A stretch of DNA of 63,653 nt, filler included, from Octopus bimaculoides (GCF_001194135.2; 5 parts of 4 records of this genome joined end to end with filler, not necessarily neighbours in it), one strand, 5' to 3'; positions 14,255 to 27,471 are shown, counted from the whole stretch's first letter. Notes: a model not told the origin generated them from the letters alone. Translations and numbers: made by a program.

Positions 14255-14305
14255 CATGAGTGTGTGTATATGTGCGTGTGCATGTGTGTGTGTAATTATA
14301 TATAT

Positions 14306-14492
14306 GGGAGAATATACAAATAATAACAACAGACGAGGACAGGTGATGTAAATAACAAAAGTATATATTAGTATGACGCTCGGGAATACGGAAAGTCTTT
14401 GACGTTTCGAGCTACGCTCTTCAACAGAAAGAATACAGAGACAAGGAGAAAAACACGGAGAAAAAAAATTGAATAGTGTTCAGTCAACGGTC
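14306..14492 (-). mobile_element. About 190-bp non-autonomous repeat with a hammerhead-like fold, resembling a Penelope pseudo-LTR
   Basis: Near-identical to 49119-49306. Both copies are bordered by TA-rich microsatellite. Confidence 0.75.
14396..14432 (-). ncRNA. Minimal type-I hammerhead ribozyme-like motif (A6U core variant)
   Basis: UCUUU CUGUUGA A GAGC-gua-GCUC GAAAC GUC AAAGA. Stem I is UCUUU/AAAGA, stem II has 4 bp, the stem III region is palindromic (ACGU), and the cleavage triplet is GUC. Confidence 0.6.
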
Positions 14493-14944
14493 AATCATAA
14501 TAATGGCATATATATATATATATATACATATATATATGTATTATGTTATATATAAAAGATATTAACTAGATATGCTATAAACTACATGTAAGATATAACA
14601 TGTTACACATAGTATAAAGTATATCTAATTATTTCTTATATTATTTAGACTCCAGGTCAACTATGATATCAGTGAAATCTATGATCAAAGATTTCTAATC
14701 ATGATCATTCTACGTTTTATTTATCTCATAGTCTACATTATCAATATGTCCCTTTTTCTCTTTTCCATTTATTTGATAGTAAATTGAGATGATTTGAAGG
14801 TGATTTTGTTGGTATTTTTAGCAGGTCAAGGTGACCATACAAAGACTTGCTCTCTCATTGGCTCTCAAGCTTATACATTTTCCACCAAGATATATCTGTT
14901 TAGCTAGTTATAAATCCCCACATGTATATATAGAATTGTTGGTG

Positions 14945-15866
14945 TTTTGACTAAATTAGAAGCCATTATTATTACTAGAGAAACCTTCAGAATTGACCAA
15001 CAGGAAGGGTGTTGTTTTCCAACATGATAATGCAAGACCACACGTTTCTTTGGGAACCAGACAAAAATTTCTGCAGCTCGGCTGGGTTGTGTTACTCCAC
15101 CCTCCGTCTTCACCCAATATTGCTCCTTCGGATTTCCACTTATTCAGGTCTCTGCAGAATAGTCTTAATGGTAAAAATTTCAATTCTTTGGATGACGTAA
15201 AAAGATACCTTGATGAATTCTTTGCCATTAAACCACTTCAATTCTGGGAAGAGGAAATTTTCAAGTTAAAGGAAAGATGGAGATGCATTGTGCAACAAAA
15301 GGGTTCATATTTGTTTGATTAAAAATGTAAAACACAATATATTCATATATTGGGTAACCTGACATTTATTTCCAATACATATTGATCACAGCTTTGATAT
15401 TTATTCCTTATTTAAAAAGATAGGATCATGAATTAGCAGTAAAAATAGAGGATTGGTTTAACTACATTACAAAATTCTTCGCAATCCAGAATTTAAAGAA
15501 TCTAGTCATTACAATGTTTTTGAATTTAAGGGCAGCGAGCTGGCAGAAACTGGGTGCAATTCTTAGTAGTATTTTGTCTGTCTTTACATTCTGAGTTCAA
15601 ATTCTACTGACTTCCCTCCCCAAAATTTTTGGGTTTTGTGCCTAGAGTAGAAAAGAATATTTATGAATTTAGGTCAACCAGAATTTAAGGAATCCTCATT
15701 ATCACAATATTTGTGTCTTTGTGTCTCCTTGTCATGTCATTACATGATAGTTTTTTAAGGCAGCAAGCTGGCAGAATAGTTAGCATGCCTGGCGAGTAAT
15801 GGCAAGTATTTATTGACCTTTTTCTTTCCTTTAATAATCGGCACAAACTTTCTGGACAACCCAATA
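14945..15866 (+). mobile_element. Mariner transposon 3' half interrupted by a 469-bp insertion
   Basis: ORF 14993-15322 contains HDNARPH and HPPSSPNIAPSDFHLF (mariner catalytic motifs). The right TIR AACTTTCTGGACAACCCAATA is at 15846-15866. Confidence 0.92.
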
Positions 15867-18800
15867 GAATATAAATTAACATGAAATTTTGCTGAGTGGC
15901 TTGAATAGTTTTCTGCATCAGTTTTTCCTCATCATCAGTAAATGCTTTTCTCCAGGTCCTTGATGGTGGTGGTGGTGGTGGCAGGAACAATATTGATAGT
16001 GGTGGTGGTGGTGGTTAGCTGCAGGTCAACCCTCATTTGGAAGAACTATGATCAAAGGCATTCCAACCATGACTACCCTATCTTCTTCCTATGTTCCAAG
16101 GGAACCCATTCCCTACCAAAGACCACATTATCCAACAAGTTCCTTTTTAAGATATTAAGGTGTGATCTGAGGGAGATTTAGCTGCTATTTCAAGCAAGCC
16201 AAACAACAACATAGAGGCTCCCTCACAAAGTTTATATGTTGGATATTGATCATCAAATTAGTTGACCACTCTCAATGGTTACAAAAGTACAAAGGGATTG
16301 ACTCCTTAGACACAGCTATCCATCACCACAAACTCAAGATATTAATGACTCAACAGCTCGCATCTTAAATGAAATCCTATTTCATCTTTGTTGTTATTAG
16401 AAATGAAACATAAATTCCCCCTTTGTTCTTCACTTAGCATTTTCTCTTGCCAACCCTTTCATAATAAGATCAAACTGCTGTCAATGTTACCATAAAAAAA
16501 AAATCATCTGGACAAATATTTGTGGCAGTCACTAAAATACTGATGTCTGATATTTTTATAATTATCTTTAAAGAGACAGAACTTGGTGGAAATTATTTTC
16601 TTTAGATTAGATTATCTTTACTCTCACTTTGTTCCACTTCACTTGATGTTTAACAGGGTTGATGAACTGTTTCAGCTTGTTTAACATTGATTTCATACAA
16701 CATTAGCTTTCTTTCAATTCTACTCACCCTAATCAGCTAACTTTATGGTTTTATAATTGCTTTCTAATTCCCTGGAACAACCAATTTCAAGAAAACTTAT
16801 TGCTGTCCAGATGTACTTCTTCAGTTTGAAACACTCCAAGTATCGATGTGAATAAGTGGTTCATCTAATTATATTGATATAATATAGTGATTGCTTATTT
16901 AGACACAAAACCACAAGTGTATGGGATTGGATATTGCTGATTAAATAATTTTCAGTACTTAACTAGTACTTAATTGATCAACTCTAGAAGAATGAAAAGC
17001 AAAGCTGGCCTTAGAAAGATTCAAACAGCCACAATTAGAACTATTTCAGTATGCCATGCCAAGAATCTGTCCCTTATTGGCTTTGTTAGGTCAATTTCAT
17101 GATATTTGTTTCTCCCAATAGCATCTATGTAGGTGAGTTGTCTTTGTCCTCTATATGACAAAAGGAATTTCACAATGCAGCAGAATGTAAAATGACACAA
17201 ATGAATATTACAAGGAGATTTTCTCCAAACACCTTTGTCAAATGTATCATCCACAGCCCTTATGTGATATATATTGATAATGGAATGACAAAAATGCCTG
17301 GTATTCTTGATTTCTAAGAGACAAGCAAGTAAACAATAAACTCTCCAATATAATGATAATTATTTGTATTCCTTGTGCAGATGGCACGTAAAATACACCA
17401 ATTTGAGCATGGACAAACCAGTGATGTGAAGAGGGGAAACTTGCATGCATGGGCAACAGTCATCATCATCATTACCATCATTGTCATCGTCGTCGTCATC
17501 ATCATCATCATCATTTAACATCCATGATCCATGCTGGCATGAGTTGGACAGCATGACAAGATTTTATGGGTCCAACAACTACATCATGCCCCAGTATCTA
17601 CTCTGGCAAAGTTTCTATGGTTGGATGCCCTTCCTAACATCAACCACTTTGTAGCATGTATTGAGTGCCTTTCTCATCCTACCAGCACCATTGAGGTTGC
17701 CAACTCTTTGAACCCAAGGGTGGAGCATTTTTATGTTAGGAGTTGATGGTTATTTTACAAGAGAAGGGAAATGGAGAAGAGCAGATTTCTGTAGGGGAGA
17801 TATATGACTAATCACATTTAGAGGAGAGAGTGAGAATGAATCAGTAGGAGCTGTGAAGAAAAAGATAGAGTTGATGAAGGGTCCAGGTGGCACCTCAGAG
17901 TGTGAGGTGAGTAAAAGTGAGTGGAGGTAGAGAAGCTAGGAGTGTGTGTTGGTGAGGGTTTGCAAGAGTGTATGAGGTGAGGGGAGTCAGTGTTTCATGA
18001 AAATTTTGCTCAGGTCTGAATAAACCTGTGCAAACATTTGGTCAATTCCGGTCTACAGAGTCCCTAGATATGATACCTGTTAACAATTACGGCCACTGAG
18101 AATCAAGTGCTTTTACTACAGACACATATAGGCGACAGTGATAGTATTTGAACCATAAAACTCTCAGCTTATAGACTGGTTTATCATCAACTCAACCAGC
18201 TGTTACTCTTTGATCAGAATATTGTCTAGTTATAAAAGTCTTACTCATTTAATTCAAATGTAAGTTATATGTGAATGCTCTCCGACAGCTACCATCATGG
18301 AAAACTAGATGTAAAATCATGAAAGAGAAATATAATTACATTCTTATAAGGTATCTTAGATATAAATGGAACCAAAATAGAAGAAGACAAAGTAACATTT
18401 AATGGTGAGTGTACTGAAATTCCATAGTAATGAGGAATTCTCAGATTGTGGTACTCACATGACATATCCATGCTATCGTAAGCTTCCTCTATTGTAACTA
18501 CTATCACATGGACATTGCTTACCTCAGTCGAATCTACCATTCCCTACCATCACATGATCATACTGTTATCTTATATTACATAAAACCATCACCTACCACT
18601 ACTCAGACTACTATCTACTGCCATCCCATGCCCATACCACCAAACCTACCTCTAATCTAGCTACTATCCACTACCATCCATATCATCAGAACCTACCTCT
18701 AAATTAGATACCATCTACTACAATCTCATGTCTATACCACCAGCCCCTACCTCTACTCTAGCTGCTACCTCCTACCTCTACTCTCACTACCATCTTTTAC

Positions 18801-19107
18801 CATTTTATACATCTATACCATCACCACATATCTCTTCTGTAGCAACAATCCACTACCATCACATGAACACAGCACCATCATCTAACTCTATTCTAGCTAC
18901 CATCCACTACCATTACCTCACTGCACTGTTATTTATCTCAGCTGTGACTACCATCCACTACAATTATGCCATCATGAATTACTTCTACTGTAGCTACTAC
19001 TCTGCCATAAACGAATGATGAGAAGCAAATAAATCTCATTTGACTTTTATTACTAAACAATCATTGACTGAACTTTGCTCATAAGACTGATTGTCTGAAA
19101 ATGAAAC

Positions 19108-19217
<110 letters not shown>

Positions 19218-19317
19218 NNNNNNNNNNNNNNNNNNNNNNNNNNNNNNNNNNNNNNNNNNNNTTAATTAATTAANNNNNNNNNNNNNNNNNNNNNNNNNNN
19301 NNNNNNNNNNNNNNNNN
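19218..19317. other. Assembly linker N44-TTAATTAATTAA-N44
   Basis: The identical 100-nt construct occurs four times: 19218, 37808, 57229 and 61611. Confidence 0.95.
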
Positions 19318-19318
19318 C

Positions 19319-19393
<75 letters not shown>

Positions 19394-19397
<4 letters not shown>

Positions 19398-19641
19398 TGG
19401 AGGAAATGAGCTTATGCCTACACAGACATTTGATCACTACAAACAAATCATTTGTGTGGTTGTTCGGTAACAAACTGTCGAAACTTCATACGTCGTCTAA
19501 GGTTACATATACATAACAATGAACTTTCCGGTTCTTAGACAAGGCATGAAGTTTCGACAGTTTCTTACCGAACAATCACACAGATAATTGATTCATGGTG
19601 ATCAAATGCTTGTGTAGACATATGCTCACTTCCTCCATCAC
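19394..19641. mobile_element. MITE-like fold-back element with about 105-bp imperfect TIRs
   Basis: GTGATGGAGGAA...CTGTCGAAACTTCAT...TCTAAG pairs with CTTAGA...ATGAAGTTTCGACAG...TTCCTCCATCAC. It is flanked by (TG)n on the left and (CA)n on the right. Confidence 0.85.
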
Positions 19642-19842
19642 ACACAAACACACACACATACACACACACAACCATGTTAAATAAAATGAGACAACAAAAC
19701 CAAGGCTGTATGAAATTTATAGCACATTTATAAAGAGAAAGGCAGTCTTACAACTCTTTCTGGGATATTATGGATATCCATTTATGAGAGACGTTACGAG
19801 ACAGTTAAATAGAGGGGAAATACTAGCGTTCAATATGAGGAG

Positions 19843-20221
<379 letters not shown>

Positions 20222-20291
20222 ANNNNNNNNNNNNNNNNNNNNNNNNNNNNNNNNNNNNNNNNNNNNNNNNNNNNNNNNNNNNNNNNNNNNN

Positions 20292-20790
20292 CCCCAAGAT
20301 TCCGAGATCGATTCCAGCCTGTGACCTGTAAAATACTGTCTATGTGATCTCAAATTTTAAAGCAAACATAATTTTCTTATGGTTTCTTAAACATTCACTT
20401 GAACAAAACTGTACAAATCCAAATATATGGTACCCTAGGCATAACACCTACATGAACTTCTAACTTGTTGTCTCTTGAGGTCTCTGGGTGAGACTTGGAT
20501 CCAGCTTGTACAAATGCAAAACAAAAGTCAAACATAAAATAATAATAATATTAATAACAGCAACAGCAACAACAACAACAACAATAATAATTACATCGAA
20601 AACTACCTCTGAAATGAGAAACCAGGTTCCAAGTTTCACCAAGTCAACTGATGAAGACTGGAGGCTATATCAGCCGAAACGTTGTGTTAACAACAACGAA
20701 AAGGAGGACAAAGATCCGTCAATTGTAAATAATGTAAATAATGTAAATAATGTAAATAATGTATATAATTCCTCATCTCTTAAATATAGA
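20292..20790 (+). mobile_element. tRNA-head/(AAT)n/hammerhead SINE-like element with a nested retroposon 3' end
   Basis: Head remnant CCCCAAGATTCCGAGATCGATTCC...GTGACCTG, then the insert, then (AAT/AAC)n, then a body with CTGATGA AGACTG...CAGCC GAAAC GTT GTGTT (20648-20688) and a (TGTAAATAA)n tail. Confidence 0.75.
20329..20540 (+). mobile_element. 3' end (last codons KILSM* plus 3'UTR) of a probable R4/Dong-clade non-LTR retroposon
   Basis: Second copy at 22214-22411; both end in (TAA)n. The clade call relies on family knowledge: R4/Dong ORFs end in ...ILRKxLS and Dong targets TAA repeats. Confidence 0.55.
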
Positions 20791-20859
20791 AGTATACCTC
20801 TCATATATGTATATGTATATCTATGTATTTCTATATCTATCTACTATATCTCCCTCTCC

Positions 20860-20890
<31 letters not shown>

Positions 20891-20942
20891 CACACACACG
20901 CGCACGCATACACACACACACACATACACACACACACACACA

Positions 20943-21045
<103 letters not shown>

Positions 21046-21619
21046 ATAAATTTATACATATTTATTTATATGTATGTACGTAAGTTTGTGATGTGCAGGT
21101 GTGGGGGTTACAACAGACGGATTGTTTATATAATTTATTCCTGAAGTTGCCGCAGATGTAATCTTTACTTTCACAAGTTATTACCAACTCTATCTTTGAT
21201 AAAGCAATATGCAATATTGAAATGTAATGTTTCATTAAGTATTGATCAACACTTCCTTTGATCACACATTTAAACATGATCCATCCTAATTACACAATTG
21301 CATATATTTCGGTACATTGTTTAATTGGCATTTGCTTTGATTCCGATTTTAATTTAAATATAGTTTGAAGTGTGGGAGCCTAGTTACATTGTATTATGGT
21401 GGCTGTTATGTTTGAACAAAACGCTGTATTTCACGTAGCTCTAGTTCACATTCAGAGGCATGCTCATTCTCTCTGAGAACTATGTTAACGAGTAATATGG
21501 AGCAGATATTTATGTTTAGACTGTTTAATGAGATACATCTTGAAAACTTGTCTGACCCTTATCTCAACTTCATCGAATGTTTTTGATCGTGTTTGGCCCG
21601 ATCGATTGTGACAGGTGAT

Positions 21620-21638
21620 ATTTCCGGCGCGCAAATGG
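21620..21638. promoter_or_regulatory. Candidate housekeeping-type promoter motif cluster
   Basis: ATTTCCGGCGCGCAAATGG contains an ETS core (CCGGAAAT on the minus strand) overlapping E2F-like and YY1-like words. It lies in CpG-retaining unique DNA at the CpG-decay boundary. Short motifs only. Confidence 0.2.
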
Positions 21639-22159
21639 ATAACACTACACAATTGTAATTGAAGTACTGGACTGGAATATGTGTTGCTTATATTGCGCTG
21701 CGACTAATCGGCTAGGCACTGCAGCGTAAGGTATTTGCCGAAGGTGTAGCAGAGTAGGACTGAACTGAAACCACGATATATATTAACTACACAATATACA
21801 TACACACAAGGACCCGCCCGCACACGCAGGCACAAATACACACACGCATGCTCGCAAACGCACATATACGCACACAAAAACACTGACGCACAGGAATGCC
21901 CATACACACACAGACGCATGCACACACATATGCATTTAATCACGACTGAGTGTTTAAATGCGTGAATTAAAGGTCCCTGGCTTTGGGTAAAAGAGACTAA
22001 AGAAGGATGAGTTACTTTTGACCATATTCAACGTATTGCCCTAAGATTCATACACTTATTTCAGCGGAACTTCTGTTCTTCTAAACATTGTAAAAGAACT
22101 CGGATTGTTGGGCCTCACGACACGTCTTTCACAATACACTTAAAGACAGAATTTTATAC

Positions 22160-22213
<54 letters not shown>

Positions 22214-22214
<1 letters not shown>

Positions 22215-22411
22215 TGTGATCTCAAATTTTAAAGCAAACACATACTTTTCTTATGGTTTCTTAAACATTCACTTGAACAAAACTAAACTGTACAAATACG
22301 GTACCCTAAGCATAACACCTACATGAACTTCTAACTTGTTGTCTCTTAAGGTCTCTGGGTGAGACTTGGATCCAACTTGTACAAATGCAAAACAAAAGTC
22401 AAACATAAAAT
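22214..22411 (+). mobile_element. 5'-truncated R4/Dong-like 3'UTR inserted within (TAA)n
   Basis: (AAT)n lies on both sides, and the segment is highly similar to 20342-20540. Confidence 0.65.
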
Positions 22412-23046
22412 AATAATAATAATAAATAATATGTATGCGTATGTATCTATAAATTCATNNNNNNNNNNNNNNNNNNNNNNNNNNNNNNNNNNNNNNNNNN
22501 NNNNNNNNNNNNNNNNNNNNNNNNNNNNNNNNNNNNNNNNNNNNNNNNNNNNNNNNNNNNNNNNNNNNNNNNNNNNNNNNNNNNNNNNNNNNNNNNNNNN
22601 NNNNNNNNNNNNNNNNNNNNNNNNNNNNNNNNNNNNNNNNNNNNNNNNNNNNNNNNNNNNNNNNNNNNNNNNNNNNNNNNNNNNNNNNNNNNNNNNNNNN
22701 NNNNNNNNNNNNNNNNNNNNNNNNNNNNNNNNNNNNNNNNNNNNNNNNNNNNNNNNNNNNNNNNNNNNNNNNNNNNNNNNNNNNNNNNNNNNNNNNNNNN
22801 NNNNNNNNNNNNNNNNNNNNNNNNNNNNNNNNNNNNNNNNNNNNNNNNNNNNNNNNNNNNNNNNNNNNNNNAGACAGATATATAGATATATAGATAGATA
22901 GATAGACAGATATATAGATATATAGATAGATAGATAGACAGATATATAGATAGATAGATAGATAGATAGACATATGTATATCTATCTAACTATCTATCTA
23001 TCTATCTATCTTTCTCTGTCTCTCTGTCTCTCTGTCTCTCTGTCTG

Positions 23047-23111
<65 letters not shown>

Positions 23112-23414
23112 AGAGAGAGACAGAGATAGATAGAGAGAGACAAAGAGAGATAGAGACAGAGATATATACATACATATATTTACTTATATATACCTATAAA
23201 TATATAGAAATGTATATATACATATGTATATATATACACACTGCTGAGAGACACCCTTCGGCCATGACTGACAATGGGATTGCACCTAGAAAGTTACCCT
23301 CCCAGGCACAAGTCCGGGCAATATTGTTTATGTAAGACCAGTAGTCGCCTAGGAGAGGTGCAGAAAGTTCATGTAGTAGGAGGGTAAAGCAAAATAAAAC
23401 TGCGGTGACCACAT

Positions 23415-24512
23415 CAGTGTTTTGAGATTTTGTCCAGATTATATTGAAAAAGCATAGAAGAGATACCTCGACGATTGCTTTATAATCTGGACAAAATCTC
23501 AAAACACTGTGGAAGAATTCAACACCCTCCTGAACAACTTACACTCATTCATCCAATTTACAAAGGAGATGAGCAGTACCAAATTATCATTTCAAGATAT
23601 AATGGTAGTTAAAAATAACACCGCCATTACTACAGATATATATTGTAAACACAGAGATACACACCAATACCTGAATTTTAAATCGTGCCGTCCACCCCAT
23701 ACAAAACGCAACATCCCATACTGCGTAGCCAGAAGAATCTGTACAATTGTAGAGGATTTAAAGACCAGAAATCAGCACCTGATGGAACTGAAAGAATTTC
23801 TGCTGAAGCAAAAGAACCCGTCACTACTTATAGAAAATGGTATTCAGCGGGCTTCGAAAATACCCATACAACAACTGAAGACACCGCAAAGAAGAGAAAA
23901 ACAGGAAAAAAACCATACCATTTATAGTGACACAAAATCCAGGCCAGCAGAACATCTTCAATATGGCTAAAGTGAACTTACCGGTCCTTGCACAAAGTAA
24001 GGAATTGATAAATATAATTACAGATCAAAGTATAACTGTCAGTAACAGACAACCTAAACACTTGAAAAAAGCTATTAACAAAGGCAAGGTTTGACCTCAG
24101 CAACAAAAATAAAACATTCACTGTGTCCAAATGCAATGATAGCCGATACGGTACATGCCGATCAATTCATACTGGCCCATATATGAACACAAAAACAGAG
24201 AAATTATTCACCAATGCGAACATGAACTGCAAAAGTAGAAATTTAATCTACTGCATCAAATGCCCTAATTGTGAAGAACTGTACGTTGGGCAGACAGGTA
24301 ATGCACTATCGGAACGCTCACGTGTGCATCGACAACAGATTAAAAACCCAGAGGTCAGCCAAATACCACTGAGTAACCATCTGACAACATGTGGTCGTGA
24401 AACGTTTATGATATTTCCATTCCATAAACTTTACAACCTGAATGGAATTGATAGAAAACGCAAAGAAAAGGACTTTATTAAGAAATTCAAACCCACTCTT
24501 AACAAACAATGA
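23415..24512 (+). mobile_element. Penelope-like retroelement, 5'-truncated: RT C-half plus GIY-YIG endonuclease, frameshifted
   Basis: KRYLDDCFIIW (YxDD at 23464-23475), thumb region TDIYCKHRDTHQYLNFKSC, and GIY-YIG NLIYCIKCPNCEELYVGQTG...FKPTLN. It has a 29-bp 5' fold-back. Confidence 0.92.
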
Positions 24513-26580
24513 TTAAATTTATCTTACTTGGGGTTTAAAAATCGTATCCCTATAACTAAAACACAAACAATCTCTCAGATGTCATCATTTCTAAAAATAA
24601 ACTTGGCATCATTTCTAAAAATAGTCAAACACCTACTGCTGCTGTCCAAAGGAATAGGTATAAAAGACAAAAGAACAGCCAGTAGTCATGAACGTATACT
24701 AGCCTTTATATATTTACTTCTCTATATTTAATACTCAATATTTCATATATTCAATAAGACATTCAATACTTCATTTCATTTTACTATTTATATTATATAT
24801 TCCATATTCTATATCCCACATTAATTTTATAAGAATATAAATAAAACATAAAAAGCAGACAGAGTTGGAAATCTTTTAAATAATATATATATACTAGTAG
24901 AATTTCTTTGGAAATCGACATTATTCTATTGAATATTTACTTTCTTAAAAATTTGGTGAGATATCGATTGTCCAAACAAACTAAATCCCCTGTCAATTAA
25001 ATAGGCAATATAGAACATACATATTCATATACTGATATATACTTGTGTTCGTGTGTGAGTATGTGTCATTGGGTGCGTGTCTGCGTGTATGTTTGTGTCC
25101 GTGTATTTCTGTCTATATGTCTCTGTATATATACTCCGGAATTTTTATATTTAAATTGGCATATCATTAAAAATTATGTCTTGTACTACAATATACTCAA
25201 TACCTTTCTGCGAATAATATCTAAATGTTTAATTGCACATTCAGATATTTTCTAACCAGAGGAGATTTTTGTTTTCCTTTTGTTGAAATTAATTTTACCT
25301 GTATCAATTTCTCATATATTTTCTTCCTTTAAATTTATCATAGTAATTGAATGTAAAACTATGCGTGCTTCATTTTTCAAAATTAACTATTGGAAAATAT
25401 TTGAAAGGCAGATTTGCTTTGAATAATTCATCACTTTTATACCCTCATATCGAATGTACACACCTACCAATTCAATTATAATTACTTTCAATCTATTACC
25501 CATTAATGCAATATTATATCCATACATTGACATATTAATACATGAGATTGAATTCTATGCATATTTTAAAACACTACTGGAATGTACAATGAAGTACATC
25601 TGCCAGATATTAGGAACTTAGATTAATCCTCGTTCCTTCCCCACTGCATATGGGTATGATAGCGATATAATGCTAATCCAATATATTAAAATTGATAGAT
25701 ACTAAATAGGTCAGATTCCTATTCGTGTACCCGTTTCATACCTATATATAAAACTAATATGCTGCGTATTTAAATATAATTACATCAAATTTATTATATT
25801 ATAGATTAATTAACTAAATGTCTACATCGAGCAATTAACTTAACTGCCATCACGTTTCACTACCAAATTGGTATATTTCACTGTTTTACGTTTCTGTTCC
25901 CTTCTACACATATACGTATGATAGTATATTTCATTTATATACTATTTACTCGTAAACTTTATGATGTAAGATGCTGATAATTGCTTTGGCTAATAACACG
26001 AGGCGCCAGGGTTTAAATCGAAAAGGAATGCCTTCTATTGGACGGCACTGAACGTTCACAAGAATCACTGAGGTAGTCAGATCTAATAATTTACAATCTT
26101 ACTATTTGTAGATTCCACAGAAAACTTACATTATCAGACACATGTTCATGGGATCTGAATAAATATTTCGATGTTTCCTTTTCATATTTCAATTTTGTTC
26201 AGCGTATATTACTAACTTGCGACATTCCTCTGACATTTCAAAACATTACGCCCTAAATCCTATGTTTCGTACTAAGCAGGAAGTGATAATCGGAAAGACG
26301 TTGTGAATGGAAAAACTGTCATGTCTTCCATTTAAGAAATGAACTAATGAATAACATTTTTTTTAAGTACCTATAAATTATGATAAATCATAACGAAAGG
26401 AAATTATTAATTTATTTTTCTCACATCCAGCACATATTGAACTAAACAGTCTGAGTAGTGACATATACATACACACATACTTGCGTACATACCTGCGTAC
26501 ATACACACATGCATGCATACATACATACATAATACATACATACATACATACACACATTTATACATACTAATGCAGACATT

Positions 26581-26829
26581 TTGAAAATCGAAGAGAAAGT
26601 TGATATCTATGGACCACTGCTTCTAAATCTACAGGGTTTATATCCGGATAGCAAATTTACATTCATAGGAATTGGAGCACTTCGTAAGTAAATTTCTAAG
26701 TGTCAGTCAGAATAAACTTGGATGTTCTGAACAAGAAATCAACCAGCTGATTCACATCTTACAAATACATTCAGTACGCAGAACAGTAAAATTATGCAAA
26801 ACTTTTCTCAGGCTTAAAATCTGGCATAG
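26581..26829 (+). mobile_element. RLE-type (R2/R4 group) non-LTR retroposon C-terminal fragment
   Basis: EEKVDIYGPLLLNLQGLYPDSKFTFIGIGAL...LQIHSVRRTVKLCKTFL is homologous to the ORF at 62404-62862. Confidence 0.8.
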
Positions 26830-27369
26830 CTTTCGTTGGAGATTTGTATGTTTGTCATATACCATCTCCTTCTTCAGAGGAAAAATTTCAAAGATTATAA
26901 ACAGAAGTGACATACATACACACACATAAATACATGCATAATTATATATAAGTGTGCACATGCGCATGTCCACCCAGGCAAGTGCACACTTGCATGTCAC
27001 ATATTGGAGGTATAATAAGAGAGATACCGGTTTTAACTGGAATTATTTCGGACACACCATCATTTACAATGAGAGGCAATCTTACTAATTACGCCATCGA
27101 TGTAAATACGATGGCGTAAATACGATGTAATTACATACACTGTCAAAGGTCCCCTAGATGCTAATCTTCGACTAAAAGATCTAAGTGCTGTATAAAAATT
27201 GAAATGAAGAAAACTACATACCATCTGATTCGGGGAAATTACGAGATCTTTGCCATCAATCATCTTGTCTCACATCGAACAAAGACACTTTGAACCAAGA
27301 AGATTGGCAGTACCAGAGTCCTGCATAGTGCGTTACCTGGGAATTGATATCAATAACAATGATTCGATT

Positions 27370-27471
<102 letters not shown>

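Noticed and set aside
17021-17254. Minus-strand ORF ...LTYIDAIGRNKYHEIDLTKPIRDRFLAW as an exon of the inferred left-hand gene
   Set aside because: An acceptor is plausible, but there is no good donor and no recognisable domain. Support is insufficient.
19262-19273. TTAATTAATTAA islands inside gaps (also 37852, 57273, 61655) as a conserved motif or PacI-type site
   Set aside because: Always centred in exactly 44+44 Ns, so this is a synthetic scaffolding linker with stops in all frames.
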